This document shows positions 44,871 through 54,504 of a DNA stretch of 64,000 nucleotides, piece by piece. The position numbers were made by a program, and so were the translations under genes. Under the pieces are notes generated by a model. That model was given only the letters and a program-made list of their open reading frames with translations, made no database searches and was not told where the DNA came from. The DNA lies in IMG/VR virus record IMGVR_UViG_3300047445_000186, positions 129,829 through 193,828 of that record, one strand, 5' to 3'. This DNA is from a virus. Each line of letters opens with the position of its first letter. Within the stretch, counting starts at the first letter, position 1.

Positions 44871-45278
44871 ATGATTCAACTCGGTCAAATCCAACAGAAC
44901 TTCGACGTCCTGCTCTCGAACGAAATCCGCGCAGTGATCAGCGTCTCCCCGTACGGCACGGGGAACATCGCCCGTCTGTCGAGCACCTTCCCCGAAGGTC
45001 CGCGCGCAGTGATCGACAAGGACACCGAGATGCTCGACATCTTCAGCTTCCTCGAGACGTACCGCCGTGAAAAGGTCGTGATCATCGATGGTGTCGACAA
45101 GGCTTCTCCCGAGGTGATCGCCCTGCTGAAAGGCGCGATCGACGGGGCAATCATGTACAACACGCTCCAGGTGCACCGGAAGTTCGACTTCAAGGCCGCG
45201 GTCGTGATGGCCGCGACCGACATCGAGAACGTGGACAAGGCGCTGATCCGCCGCTCGCTGGTCTGCATGCCGCGCTGA
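44871..45278 (+). CDS. hypothetical protein (about 135 aa)
   Basis: ORF. Tandem copies of the repeated terminator element follow. Confidence 0.45.
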   Translation: MIQLGQIQQNFDVLLSNEIRAVISVSPYGTGNIARLSSTFPEGPRAVIDKDTEMLDIFSFLETYRREKVVIIDGVDKASPEVIALLKGAIDGAIMYNTLQVHRKFDFKAAVVMAATDIENVDKALIRRSLVCMPR

Positions 45279-45299
45279 TCCAGCGAGCTCCATGAACAC

Positions 45300-45324
45300 G
45301 GGACCTTAGGGTCCCTTTCTTTTG
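45300..45324. terminator. palindromic terminator element copy 1 (GGGACC-TTAG-GGTCCC, then TTTCTTTTG)
   Basis: Seen directly. Confidence 0.65.
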
Positions 45325-45347
45325 CTCGGCTCACCGAGAACGCACGA

Positions 45348-45373
45348 GGGACCTTAGGGTCCCTTTCTTGTTT
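45348..45373. terminator. palindromic terminator element copy 2 (ACGAGGGACCTTAGGGTCCCTTTCTTGTTTAG)
   Basis: Seen directly. Matches the copy at 62141 over about 32 nt, with a single T/C difference in the loop. Confidence 0.65.
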
Positions 45374-45575
45374 AGACATACAGCCACTGTCTCCGTGGTG
45401 CTCTCGTGCGGCCTGTGTAAATACAGGGCAGCACGTGCTGCGTTATCTGGAGTTCCCTATGTTTGATTTGGTTGCTGGTATCGCAATTGGTACCGCGTTC
45501 GCCCCGTTCTGGATTATGGTCTGGAACTTCGCTAAGGCGAAGTACGTCGCTCGCGTGGCCGCTAAGAAGTAAACA

Positions 45576-46082
45576 ATGAAACTGTTCGAGCTTCAAGACC
45601 AAACGTTCGGCGTTCCTCGACTGTCGTGGAACAGCTCGCCAGACATCGGTTGGTGGCGTGACGGAAAGGTTCTCCGCGGCTACCACGGCTCGAACATGAA
45701 GTACCTGGAGTCGTTCGCCAAGGACGGTCTGAATCGAAAAGATTCAAGCACTGGCATGATTTCACTTGCTTACGAACCATTCACTGCCCGCGCATTCGCT
45801 GCGATGGGTGGTGAAGCAGAATTCAGAAAGGCCGGCGCGAAAGCGAAGACCATTCCTGAAAACGAACGCATCACTCTTGTTTTTGATATTCCACAATCGT
45901 TTGTTCAAAAGTACGAAGACCCAAACCTCCGAGGCAATGACCCAACCCACCTTGCACGTTTGAGAAACAAGGAAGAGTACGAAGCATGGACAGGTACGGA
46001 CCAACAGTACTACCAACTCTGCGAGCTTCGTGTCTCGTCAGAAGTCCCCGCAAAGTACCTCGTAGGATACATGATTAAGTAA
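45576..46082 (+). CDS. hypothetical protein, MKLFEL family (168 aa)
   Basis: N-terminus MKLFELQDQ. Confidence 0.5.
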   Translation: MKLFELQDQTFGVPRLSWNSSPDIGWWRDGKVLRGYHGSNMKYLESFAKDGLNRKDSSTGMISLAYEPFTARAFAAMGGEAEFRKAGAKAKTIPENERITLVFDIPQSFVQKYEDPNLRGNDPTHLARLRNKEEYEAWTGTDQQYYQLCELRVSSEVPAKYLVGYMIK

Positions 46083-46215
46083 GCAGAAGGACCTGGTCGA
46101 TGATCATGGAGAAGGCTTGCTGCAAGACCTAAATACTTTTTAGATCTTTCTCAACCTGAGTACGGGAGCGGTTCTTACGGATCGCTCCCGTTTTCGCACA
46201 TATAATCAGATACAA

Positions 46216-46665
46216 ATGGACACACAAGAAGAACAGTACGAAAAGGCCGCGCGAGCTGGGCTGATTCCGTACATCCGAGACGACGCAGGCACACCGCACT
46301 ATCTGATGATGGTTGCATCGAATCCGGTGTATGGTGGCCCGCGACCGATGATCAGCAAGGGCAAAATCGAAGACGGCGAGAACACTTTCGAGTGCGCAGT
46401 TCGTGAAGCCGAAGAAGAGCTTGGGCTTGTTCAGCAGAATATGCAGAGCACCCCGTTCCTCTTGGCCGATGAGCACGTCACGCTTCGATCGGGTGCGTAT
46501 CAGTTGACCGTTTACGCCGTTCAGATCTATGATCGGTGGAACTTCGACAAATGGTGCGATGAGACCGAGTACACGGCATGGTTCTCGCTGGAGGAATTCC
46601 GTGAAAAGGGACGTAGAGACCACATCCAGTATGTGGAGAGACTTGAAGCGATTTTGAGATCGTAG
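46216..46665 (+). CDS. NUDIX hydrolase
   Basis: Nudix box GKIEDGENTFECAVREAEEELGL (Gx5Ex7REUxEExGU). Confidence 0.85.
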   Translation: MDTQEEQYEKAARAGLIPYIRDDAGTPHYLMMVASNPVYGGPRPMISKGKIEDGENTFECAVREAEEELGLVQQNMQSTPFLLADEHVTLRSGAYQLTVYAVQIYDRWNFDKWCDETEYTAWFSLEEFREKGRRDHIQYVERLEAILRS

Positions 46666-46693
46666 AAAGAGAAAGTAGTTCAGGAGAATAAAA

Positions 46694-47290
46694 ATGGCTG
46701 GCCATAGAATTTTGAAGTTGGATGTTCAGGGTACCCCTGACAAGTGGATTGATTACGAACAAGCGATTACGTACCATGCCAAGGGCCTGGTGGCGTGGCA
46801 GCTCGGCGATGAAAATCACACACGCTTCCGTGGCGGTGAAAACCGAATCACAGGCCAGATTTCGCAAATCTCCTCAGCTCCAATCATTGCTGTGCGCGGC
46901 GAAGGCGCTGGAAAGCGCGCGAATCGCGTCCCAACTCTGACGAACCCAGAGCTGTTCGCCCGTGATCGTCACACTTGCGCGTACTGCGGACGCACGTTCT
47001 CTGAACATCGTCTGACTCGTGACCACATCATCCCGGTCTCCCGCGGTGGTAAGGACATCTGGACGAACGTCGTGACTGCTTGCGATTACGACAATCACAA
47101 GAAGGACGATCACTTGCTGCAGGAAATCGGCATGGAATTGCTGTACGTTCCGTACACGCCGAATCGCGCTGAGTCGCTGATCTTGAAGGGTCGTAAGATC
47201 CTCCCTGTTCAGGCCGAGTACTTGGCACAGTTCATTCCAGAATCGAGCCGAGCGCATTCGATCCTGAACGAGTTGATGAACGTTCACTAA
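46694..47290 (+). CDS. HNH endonuclease
   Basis: HTCAYCGRTFSEHRLTRDHIIPVSRGG...N...CDYDNHKK has the full HNH signature with a CxxC...C zinc site. Confidence 0.85.
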   Translation: MAGHRILKLDVQGTPDKWIDYEQAITYHAKGLVAWQLGDENHTRFRGGENRITGQISQISSAPIIAVRGEGAGKRANRVPTLTNPELFARDRHTCAYCGRTFSEHRLTRDHIIPVSRGGKDIWTNVVTACDYDNHKKDDHLLQEIGMELLYVPYTPNRAESLILKGRKILPVQAEYLAQFIPESSRAHSILNELMNVH

Positions 47291-47332
47291 GGACAAAGGG
47301 CTGAGATAAATACGTCTCAGCCCTTTTTACTT

Positions 47333-47989
47333 ATGCACATCAATCCTGACACCGCTGTCGTCGAGCTTGGCGACGTTCCTCTCGATGAGATCGAGCGAGT
47401 TCTTGGCGTGATTGAAACCGACTTCGCCGAGAAGTGGGTCTTCCGCGGTTCGAAGCTCATGAATCAGTCTCGCGTCTTGAAGGCACGGACGATTTCCGAG
47501 TTTGATCTTCTTGCGAAGGAAGATGCTGACGCTCTGTTCGAATTGCTCGAGCCGATGACGCGCCCGTACATGGGGAAGGACGACAAGCTCGTCTATCTCG
47601 ATGTCTCGTCGCTTCCGAATTCAGCCGCCTCTGCGCTGCACGTCGATTACCTGTGGATGCAGGCCGTCGCTCGTCGAATCCGCATTCCAATCAAGACAAA
47701 TCCGAGAGCACTGTTCGCTACAGTCGACTCGAAGAATGAAGTAACCGTGCACAACTTGAAGGTCGGAAAAGCGTACAGCACGAACAACATGATCCCGCAT
47801 TCGGCTGCGAACTACGGTCCAGATCGCTGGCACGTGGTGTTCGATATCCTGACGAATGAAGAGTACGAATTCCTGACGAAGACAAATCGCATTACAGAAG
47901 CAGTGTTCAGCCCGTACGTGAACGCAGCTCTGAATCCAGTCCTGGCGCATCGCTGCCGGACTTTAATGGCTAAATATCCTGCAAATTAA
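47333..47989 (+). CDS. hypothetical protein (218 aa)
   Basis: ORF. Confidence 0.45.
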   Translation: MHINPDTAVVELGDVPLDEIERVLGVIETDFAEKWVFRGSKLMNQSRVLKARTISEFDLLAKEDADALFELLEPMTRPYMGKDDKLVYLDVSSLPNSAASALHVDYLWMQAVARRIRIPIKTNPRALFATVDSKNEVTVHNLKVGKAYSTNNMIPHSAANYGPDRWHVVFDILTNEEYEFLTKTNRITEAVFSPYVNAALNPVLAHRCRTLMAKYPAN

Positions 47990-48006
47990 CTAACTCTGGT
48001 AACGAC

Positions 48007-48501
48007 ATGAAAGTCACTGAACTCCTCACAGAAAAGAAGCATTCCGGCGCTTATTACAACGCTGGCTACGATGCAGAAAAGAAGGCCGTTGTCGGCGCTG
48101 TTAAGGATTGGGTCGAGCGAATCGGCGCTTCCCCTGAAGACCTGGCTGCTGCTTACCTGGAAGCCAAGAAGCTTCCTTCGTACAAGGCGCTGACCAAGAT
48201 CGCTCCAGACATCTCGAACGCGCGCGAAGCAAAGAACGGCACATTCTCGTTCAAGCACCCATCCAAAGCCGCACACTCTGAGGCTCCAAAGTACAACGTT
48301 CGCGCATCAGGCCAAATTCGTGGATCTGACGCAGGTTCGTACTACTCCCCAGGTACACGCCCAACGCACCGCCTGGCATCACCAAAGCCACGCCTCGTTG
48401 CTGGTAATCCAGTGAAGTCGCTCGTGCTCGTGTACGATGGCGCTTTCAAGGAACTCGTTCTGAAGGCCCAGAAGGTTATTGCCCGCGACACCGTCAAGTA
48501 A
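48007..48501 (+). CDS. hypothetical protein, MKVTELL family (164 aa)
   Basis: N-terminus MKVTELLTEKK. Confidence 0.45.
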   Translation: MKVTELLTEKKHSGAYYNAGYDAEKKAVVGAVKDWVERIGASPEDLAAAYLEAKKLPSYKALTKIAPDISNAREAKNGTFSFKHPSKAAHSEAPKYNVRASGQIRGSDAGSYYSPGTRPTHRLASPKPRLVAGNPVKSLVLVYDGAFKELVLKAQKVIARDTVK

Positions 48502-48514
48502 TTGAAACACTGCC

Positions 48515-49030
48515 GTGGCTTCGGTCACGGCAGAACATGAGTACCACATGGAATACAACGTTCGAATTGCATCCTTCTTCTGCATTTTCGCGACCCTTGC
48601 TACGATGGCAGGCCTGACGTACTGGTACTGGTTCGATCCTCTGTACCACGTGTACACGCTAATTGCTGGTATTCCACTCCTGTACACATTTGGCGCGATC
48701 TTCGGAGCCGTTGCCGAGCTGTTCGGCTTTGAAGCTGTTCAGCCTGAAGAAGGTGAACAGCAGGAAGAACTCTCGTACACGCCGATCGACCCAACCGAGT
48801 ACGACGTGACCACATCTGAGAATATCGTCGGCACGTACAAGGGCGAGAACATCTACGAGTACCTGATGAACGGTGGCGAAAAGTTCTGGTACTACAATGT
48901 TCTGCAGGAATCTGAGTTCGAGAACTTCCACGCACCTGAAGGTTCCTCATTCCTTCTGGTCCAGCCTGGAATCCTGTACGTCACGGCCCCGCCTGACCAC
49001 GAACCTGAACCCGAAAATACTGCAGTCTGA
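48515..49030 (+). CDS. membrane protein (171 aa; alternative start 48548)
   Basis: Two N-terminal TM helices and an acidic C-terminus. Confidence 0.45.
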   Translation: MASVTAEHEYHMEYNVRIASFFCIFATLATMAGLTYWYWFDPLYHVYTLIAGIPLLYTFGAIFGAVAELFGFEAVQPEEGEQQEELSYTPIDPTEYDVTTSENIVGTYKGENIYEYLMNGGEKFWYYNVLQESEFENFHAPEGSSFLLVQPGILYVTAPPDHEPEPENTAV

Positions 49031-49076
49031 ACTGCACCCGGCGTCATAGAATTCATTTCTCGACGCTAAATACAAA

Positions 49077-49103
49077 CGCTGCAGAAATGCAGCGCTGCTT
49101 TCG
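49077..49103 (+). terminator. stem-loop CGCTGCA-GAAA-TGCAGCG followed by a CTGCTTTCG terminator-like element
   Basis: Seen directly, 46 nt after the stop at 49030. Confidence 0.5.
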
Positions 49104-49530
49104 AACCGAAGATAATGGGTTATCGGCTAAGTTTCCCACTATCATCTCTTTGTTCGAGCATTTTAGCAGCCTCTTCAACACTTACTTCAATCTCATTCAG
49201 CCGCAGCAAGTTGGTTATCAACTACTACGACCTGGACCGTCCGCCCTGTAGAAACACTAAACTCTCTACTGGGTAACCCGTTGACTCCTCTGGTTATTGG
49301 AGCGCCTCGCCGAGAGGGCAGACTTTTGTCTGAAGATCGGCTGATGTTGCAAGTACAAGGAACTTGATCGGATACCGCAACTTAAATCGCGGTGTAGGCG
49401 GAGCCCATGCTCGAAAGAGATACTCTGCTGAAGTCTCCAACAGCAATTTTTGCTGGATGGGATTGTAGTAAGTGCTGTCACGCGCCTTTGTTCACTGCGC
49501 TAAAGTGAACCGATAATCAGGAGAGAACTC

Positions 49531-51150
49531 ATGAACATGTACACCGACCACGCCGCTTCTCTGAACGCCGTTCAGACTTCCACCCCACAGACGGAAGCAA
49601 TTCCTGGCCGCGAAGCCGAGATGAAGCTGAACAACGCTGGTGGATTCACGTTCACTCTTGATCAGTGGGGCGTCCTCGATCGCTTCATCATGATCGGTTC
49701 CGAGAACGGGAACTACTACGTCGGTCAAAAGGACGTGATGAAGCAATCGTTCGCGAACACCCTGAAGTGTATCGCTGAAGACGGTCTGCGTGCTGTCGCT
49801 CGTGCTCTCGAGTACTCAACCTCTGGTCGCGCTCCGAAGAACGACCCTGCTCTGGTTGTGCTCGCGCTCGCCGCATCGAAGGGAACGCCTGAAGTTCAAT
49901 CCGCTGCTTACGACGCCCTGCCAAAGGTCGCTCGTACCGGTACCCATCTGTTCACGTTCGTCTCGATTCTGAACTCCCTCGGGAAGTGGAACGCCGCTGC
50001 AAAGCGCGGCCTGGCGAAGTGGTACACGAACCGTTCGATCGACAAGCTCGCGATCCAAGTGCTGAAGTACCAGCAGCGCAATGGCTGGTCGCACCGCGAC
50101 GTCCTGCGTCTGGCACACGTGAAGCCGCAGAACGACATCCAGACGAATCTGTTCAAGTACATCACGAAGGGTGGCGACGCTCTCGTGCAAGGCTCGCCGA
50201 TTCCGCAGCTCGTGATCGACTTCGAATTCCTGAAGCGCGCCGAGTCGGCCAAGGATGTCGTTCGTCTGATCGAGTCGAATCCATCGATCGCATGGGAACT
50301 CGTTCCTACGCAATTCCTGAAGGATCCGGACGTGCTGATGGCGCTCCTCCCTTCGATGGGCATGACCGCTGTGATCCGTCAACTGGGTAAGCTCACTGCC
50401 GCTGGCGTGATCAAGCCGATGTCGGAAGGCGAGAAGTTGGTCGTCGCGAAGCTCTCGGATGCCGAAGCAATCAAGCGTGGCCGTGTCCATCCGATCACTA
50501 TCCTCCAAGCCCTGAAGCAGTACCAAGCTGGTCATGGTGAAAAGGGTTCGTTGGTCTGGTCTCCAGTTCAACGCGTCGTGTCGGCCCTGGATGACTCGTT
50601 CTACTCTGCGTTCACGCTTGGCGAGGACAAGAAGGAGAATCACTTCATCGCTTGCGACATCTCCGGCTCCATGACCATGGACAGCGCGAAGGTGATCGGT
50701 TCGCCGAACCTCTTGGCTGGTGAAGTGGCTGCGGTGTTCGCGATGGCGATCGCTCGTACCCAATCGAACTATTTCCTCGCTGGTTTCAAGCAGAACTTGG
50801 AACCACTGAAGATCTCGCCGACGATGCGTCTCGCTGACGCGTTGAACGCAATGCGTGCTATGCACTGGCAAGGCGGCTCGACCGACTGTGCTAAGGCATT
50901 CGAGTACGCGCTCCAGAACGGTATCGCGGTGGACAAGTTCACCGTGATTACCGACAATGAAACGTACGCGGGTGGCCAAGCCCCAGTGCAGGCGCTCAAG
51001 AAGTATCGTGACCGTACTGGTCGCGCTGCGAAGTCGATCGTGATTGCTACCTCGGTATCTGAATTCACGATCGCCGATCCGAAGGACGGTGGTATGTTGG
51101 ACATCGCAGGGTTTGACTCGGCTGCTCCACAGATCATCGCTGATTTCTAA
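49531..51150 (+). CDS. rsr: Ro60/Rsr-like protein (TROVE-type N-terminal region + C-terminal vWA domain with MIDAS)
   Basis: 539 aa. MIDAS DxSGSM (IACDISGSMTMDS) about 385 aa in, then T and D positions as in Ro60. RBS AGGAGAG. The large helical N-terminal domain was not verified. Confidence 0.55.
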   Translation: MNMYTDHAASLNAVQTSTPQTEAIPGREAEMKLNNAGGFTFTLDQWGVLDRFIMIGSENGNYYVGQKDVMKQSFANTLKCIAEDGLRAVARALEYSTSGRAPKNDPALVVLALAASKGTPEVQSAAYDALPKVARTGTHLFTFVSILNSLGKWNAAAKRGLAKWYTNRSIDKLAIQVLKYQQRNGWSHRDVLRLAHVKPQNDIQTNLFKYITKGGDALVQGSPIPQLVIDFEFLKRAESAKDVVRLIESNPSIAWELVPTQFLKDPDVLMALLPSMGMTAVIRQLGKLTAAGVIKPMSEGEKLVVAKLSDAEAIKRGRVHPITILQALKQYQAGHGEKGSLVWSPVQRVVSALDDSFYSAFTLGEDKKENHFIACDISGSMTMDSAKVIGSPNLLAGEVAAVFAMAIARTQSNYFLAGFKQNLEPLKISPTMRLADALNAMRAMHWQGGSTDCAKAFEYALQNGIAVDKFTVITDNETYAGGQAPVQALKKYRDRTGRAAKSIVIATSVSEFTIADPKDGGMLDIAGFDSAAPQIIADF

Positions 51151-51173
51151 TGTAAGTACGTTTTAGATAGTCC

Positions 51174-51965
51174 ATGAAAGCTGCAGTTGTAGGGTATGGT
51201 TTCGTGGGTAAAGCACTAGGAGAGGCACTTGAGGTGCCTTTTCTCGTTCTTGATCCCAAGTTTGAGAAGAGTGTTCAAGGACTCGATGACATTCTAGAGT
51301 TTCAACCACATGTGATCTTCCTCTGTCTTCCAACTCCCACGGTCGATGGGAAGTGCGATGACACGTTGATCATGAAGTACGTGCAAGACTTGAAGGATTA
51401 CCAAGGTGTTCTCTGTATCAAGAGCACAATCCCAGTAGGGACGGTCGAAAAGATCGAAGCAATTCTCCCGAACGCGGTCCTTTGGCCGGAACTGCTCGTT
51501 GAAAAGACGGCAGTGTTCGATATGGTCCATCCATCAATCACCGTGATTGGTACTCGCGATCGCGCGCAGTACGACTGGATGTACTGGTTCCTGATCGAGA
51601 ACACGAAGATCAACACAGATCTCGGGAAGTCGATCCATCGCTGCACAATGAAGGAAGCATCCGTGTTCAAGTACACGGTGAACTCGTTCCTCGCGATGAA
51701 GGTCGTGTTCATGCACGAAATGTACAACTGGCTGCGAGCGCGTGGCGAAGAGCCTTCGTACAAGATCCTGACTGACATGCTCTCCGTCGAAGGTCGAGTC
51801 GGCGCTTCGCACATGAAAGCTCCTGGCGATCATGGCCTTGGTTTCGCCGGTTCTTGCTTTCCGAAAGATACGCAAGCGCTTCGTCACCAAGCATCGCTCG
51901 ATGGCGTGCACCTTGAGCTGCTGAACGCTGGCATTCAGGCGAACGAGAACCTTCGCGCTCTCTAA
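51174..51965 (+). CDS. UDP-glucose/GDP-mannose dehydrogenase-family protein (N-terminal + catalytic region only, 263 aa)
   Basis: Rossmann VVGYGFVGKA and catalytic GFAGSCFPKD (GGSCFPKD motif). The C-terminal UDP-sugar-binding domain is absent. Confidence 0.55.
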   Translation: MKAAVVGYGFVGKALGEALEVPFLVLDPKFEKSVQGLDDILEFQPHVIFLCLPTPTVDGKCDDTLIMKYVQDLKDYQGVLCIKSTIPVGTVEKIEAILPNAVLWPELLVEKTAVFDMVHPSITVIGTRDRAQYDWMYWFLIENTKINTDLGKSIHRCTMKEASVFKYTVNSFLAMKVVFMHEMYNWLRARGEEPSYKILTDMLSVEGRVGASHMKAPGDHGLGFAGSCFPKDTQALRHQASLDGVHLELLNAGIQANENLRAL

Positions 51966-52034
51966 AGTTCGTTACAGAAAACACGAGCTCCTAACCCGAG
52001 CTCGTGTTATAGTTTCCGGTAACTGGAGAATTTT

Positions 52035-52268
52035 ATGCGAAACAAAGTGGTGCTCGTGCTTGACGTGGACATGATCGCTTGCGCTGAGCGATCCCCCGAG
52101 GATTTCGTCGAGAAGCTGAAGCTCGCCGTGCGAGAACGTCGGTATCACAACGTGTCTGTCGAAGGTCGAACAGTCGGTGACGTCGTCTGGTATGGCCGGA
52201 TGAGCGACTCGCCCACTCTGCAAATCAATGGCCTGCGCGCCGAAGTGATCTCACATGGAGGAACGTGA
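52035..52268 (+). CDS. hypothetical small protein (77 aa)
   Basis: ORF after GGAGAA. Confidence 0.4.
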   Translation: MRNKVVLVLDVDMIACAERSPEDFVEKLKLAVRERRYHNVSVEGRTVGDVVWYGRMSDSPTLQINGLRAEVISHGGT

Positions 52269-52504
52269 TGCCACAGAATCAACTGAAGGTCGATCACCCA
52301 GTTCTTTTTGACGTGTGGTGCACAGCCACGAAGGAGAACGCCCGATTCTTCGAGTGCAGCTCGCCAGCGTGCCCACCTGAGTACCGTGAAATGTGGCTCG
52401 CGTACGGCCCTTCATCGCAGCGCCCTTCACTTTCGCAAGTGAAAGTTGGCGATCACGGCGTCCTTGAGGCGACCGTTCGAGGTTGGATCTTCGTCAAAGA
52501 CTGA
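52265..52504 (+). CDS. hypothetical small protein (79 aa)
   Basis: ATGA overlap. Confidence 0.4.
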   Translation: MMPQNQLKVDHPVLFDVWCTATKENARFFECSSPACPPEYREMWLAYGPSSQRPSLSQVKVGDHGVLEATVRGWIFVKD

Positions 52505-52580
52505 CCCGAACCCTGGTTCACCCGAGCGTTCCTAGGCTGTATAGTCTAGGAACGCTTTCTTCATTCAGGTGTAGATCTTT

Positions 52581-52904
52581 ATGGACTGTTCGGTTCAGTG
52601 CAACCGGCGACACCTGAGCCACCTTCAGAGATGCACGATGGTTCCAAATACTCTTGACGAATTCCGCTCCACGCTCCTTGACATGTACAAGGGAGACGGA
52701 CACACGTGCCTCGTTATGCGCGTTCCGAACTCGCTGATTCGCGAGGCGATCGACGAGATCCATGCTCGCGCCGCGTACCACGAGCTCTTTGGCGACAAGC
52801 TAGGCATTCCTGATCCGTGCCAAAAGATCATCGGCCAGTACTTCGTGCAGAACCTTGAAGATCGCATTGATCTCGACTTCGTAGAAGTGCAAGAAGGAAC
52901 CTGA
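52581..52904 (+). CDS. hypothetical protein (107 aa)
   Basis: ORF. Confidence 0.4.
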   Translation: MDCSVQCNRRHLSHLQRCTMVPNTLDEFRSTLLDMYKGDGHTCLVMRVPNSLIREAIDEIHARAAYHELFGDKLGIPDPCQKIIGQYFVQNLEDRIDLDFVEVQEGT

Positions 52905-52947
52905 ATTCGGGAGGGCGCTTTTGGCGCATTGCACTTACAATAGTGCA

Positions 52948-53613
52948 ATGAACCAATTCCAAAAGCTCCTGATTTCAGCTCGGTACTGGTTGCTCGGAAT
53001 GGCCGAGCACGACCCGAAGTACTTCAAAGTCATTGAGGCCATGGAGCTTGGCCTTGAGCATCACGACGGCCATCGCAATGGTGGCGACCCAGAGTTCGTG
53101 CATCAGCTCGGCATCTTCCACTATCTGCGGACGATGCACAAACACATCCGCAACCCCGTGACCGTGTACATGCTGGTCTTCCTGCATGACGCGCTCGAGG
53201 ATCCGAATCAGCAGTCGAAGAAGGAAGGCAAGCCGCGGTACATCGCGCCTTCCGAGATCAGCGAGCAGTTCGGTGATGCCTTCCTCGTGAAGCTCAAGAA
53301 GATGTCCAAGGAAATCCTCGGCCAGACGAATCCTGACTTCTCCCTTGACGTGGTCTTCTCCGATGAGGACACCAGCGTTGCGAAGGGCGGCGATCGAGTG
53401 AACAACGTTTCCTCGATGATTGGCGTGTTCAAGCGCCCGCGACTGATCAAGTACGTGAAGGAAACCGTCGAGGAATTCTTCCCACGTCTGAAGCGCTCAC
53501 GTCGTCTGTTCGCTGATCAAGAGTCGATCTACGAGAACATGAAGCTTGAGCTGTCGACGCAGATCGGTTTGATTCAACACATCCTCGATGGGTACGTTCC
53601 CCATGAACAATAA
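52948..53613 (+). CDS. small alarmone (p)ppGpp hydrolase, HD domain (Mesh1/SpoT-hydrolase-like)
   Basis: EHHDGHRNGGDPEFVHQL matches the RelA/SpoT hydrolase motif H..GQ.RKSGEPYI.H. Downstream ED...D. About 221 aa. Confidence 0.6.
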   Translation: MNQFQKLLISARYWLLGMAEHDPKYFKVIEAMELGLEHHDGHRNGGDPEFVHQLGIFHYLRTMHKHIRNPVTVYMLVFLHDALEDPNQQSKKEGKPRYIAPSEISEQFGDAFLVKLKKMSKEILGQTNPDFSLDVVFSDEDTSVAKGGDRVNNVSSMIGVFKRPRLIKYVKETVEEFFPRLKRSRRLFADQESIYENMKLELSTQIGLIQHILDGYVPHEQ

Positions 53614-53941
53614 CTTCGTTCCTGAAATTGGCGGCGTGTACAAGTTCGCGTCGTGTGGTGTTCAAGTCGTGCTCTCAGAGCCGATGAAGACAAGTGGTGG
53701 AGTGATGTGCGTGAAGACTGCACAGATCTTCATGGACTTCGACGGTGAGAAGCGAATCCTGCTGAACAGTGATGGGACCGTGTTCCACTACCCAGCGACT
53801 GCGCATCCAGACATCGGCTCGATCACGAAGCACTTGGAACTCGCAGCTGAATCGCACGAATCCAAGGGCTGGACGTGGAAGCACTTCAATGAAGTCGTGC
53901 TCCGTGTTCCGGCCAAGAAGAAGAAACGGAAAAAGAAGTGA
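53588..53941 (+). CDS. hypothetical protein (117 aa)
   Basis: ORF. Lys-rich C-terminus. Confidence 0.45.
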   Translation: MGTFPMNNNFVPEIGGVYKFASCGVQVVLSEPMKTSGGVMCVKTAQIFMDFDGEKRILLNSDGTVFHYPATAHPDIGSITKHLELAAESHESKGWTWKHFNEVVLRVPAKKKKRKKK

Positions 53942-54504
53942 CAGTGAAAATGATCCTTGCTGTTGATCAAGGGAACGCGATCGGCTGGCAAGATGGGCGC
54001 CTGCCCTGGAAGATTTCGCGTGACATGCTCCGCTTCAAGGCGCTCACAACGGGTAGTACTGTTGTGATGGGTCGGAAGACGTTCGAGAGCCTTGGCCGCC
54101 CGCAAGGTCTGCCGAATCGGCAGAACGTCGTGATCACCACGCAGAAGCACGACATGACCGGGAATCCGCTGTTCTTCCGCGATGGCAAGGATCCGTTCCG
54201 CTCGTTCGTGCAAGTGCATCAAGCGTGCCTTGGCTGCGAACCCGCGGATCTGTGGGTGATTGGTGGTGGAACGCTGTACGATGCAGCTATCGAACAGAGC
54301 TTGGTCGATGAGATTTATCTGACGCTGGTGCACACCAATTCGGGTGCTGATGTTCAGTTGAAGCATGATCTCGCGGCATGGAAGCTGTTCGTTCTGCGCG
54401 AGCAAAGCCGAGGAAATATCTGGAACGTCGCCGAGTACGAGCAACACCAGGTAGAGGGCGATGTTCCCGCGGTAACTTTCATCACTTTAAAGAAACAAAA
54501 ATGA
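53938..54504 (+). CDS. folA: dihydrofolate reductase
   Basis: ILAVDQGNAIGWQDGRLPW...VVMGRKTFESLGRP...NVVIT...LWVIGGGTLY match the FolA core. GTG 53938 or ATG 53950. Confidence 0.9.
   Translation: MTVKMILAVDQGNAIGWQDGRLPWKISRDMLRFKALTTGSTVVMGRKTFESLGRPQGLPNRQNVVITTQKHDMTGNPLFFRDGKDPFRSFVQVHQACLGCEPADLWVIGGGTLYDAAIEQSLVDEIYLTLVHTNSGADVQLKHDLAAWKLFVLREQSRGNIWNVAEYEQHQVEGDVPAVTFITLKKQK

Noticed and set aside
49816-50979. 387-aa minus-strand ORF antisense to the Ro60-like gene
   Set aside because: The + strand has an RBS, a start codon and the vWA MIDAS motif. The antisense product is Arg-rich low complexity.
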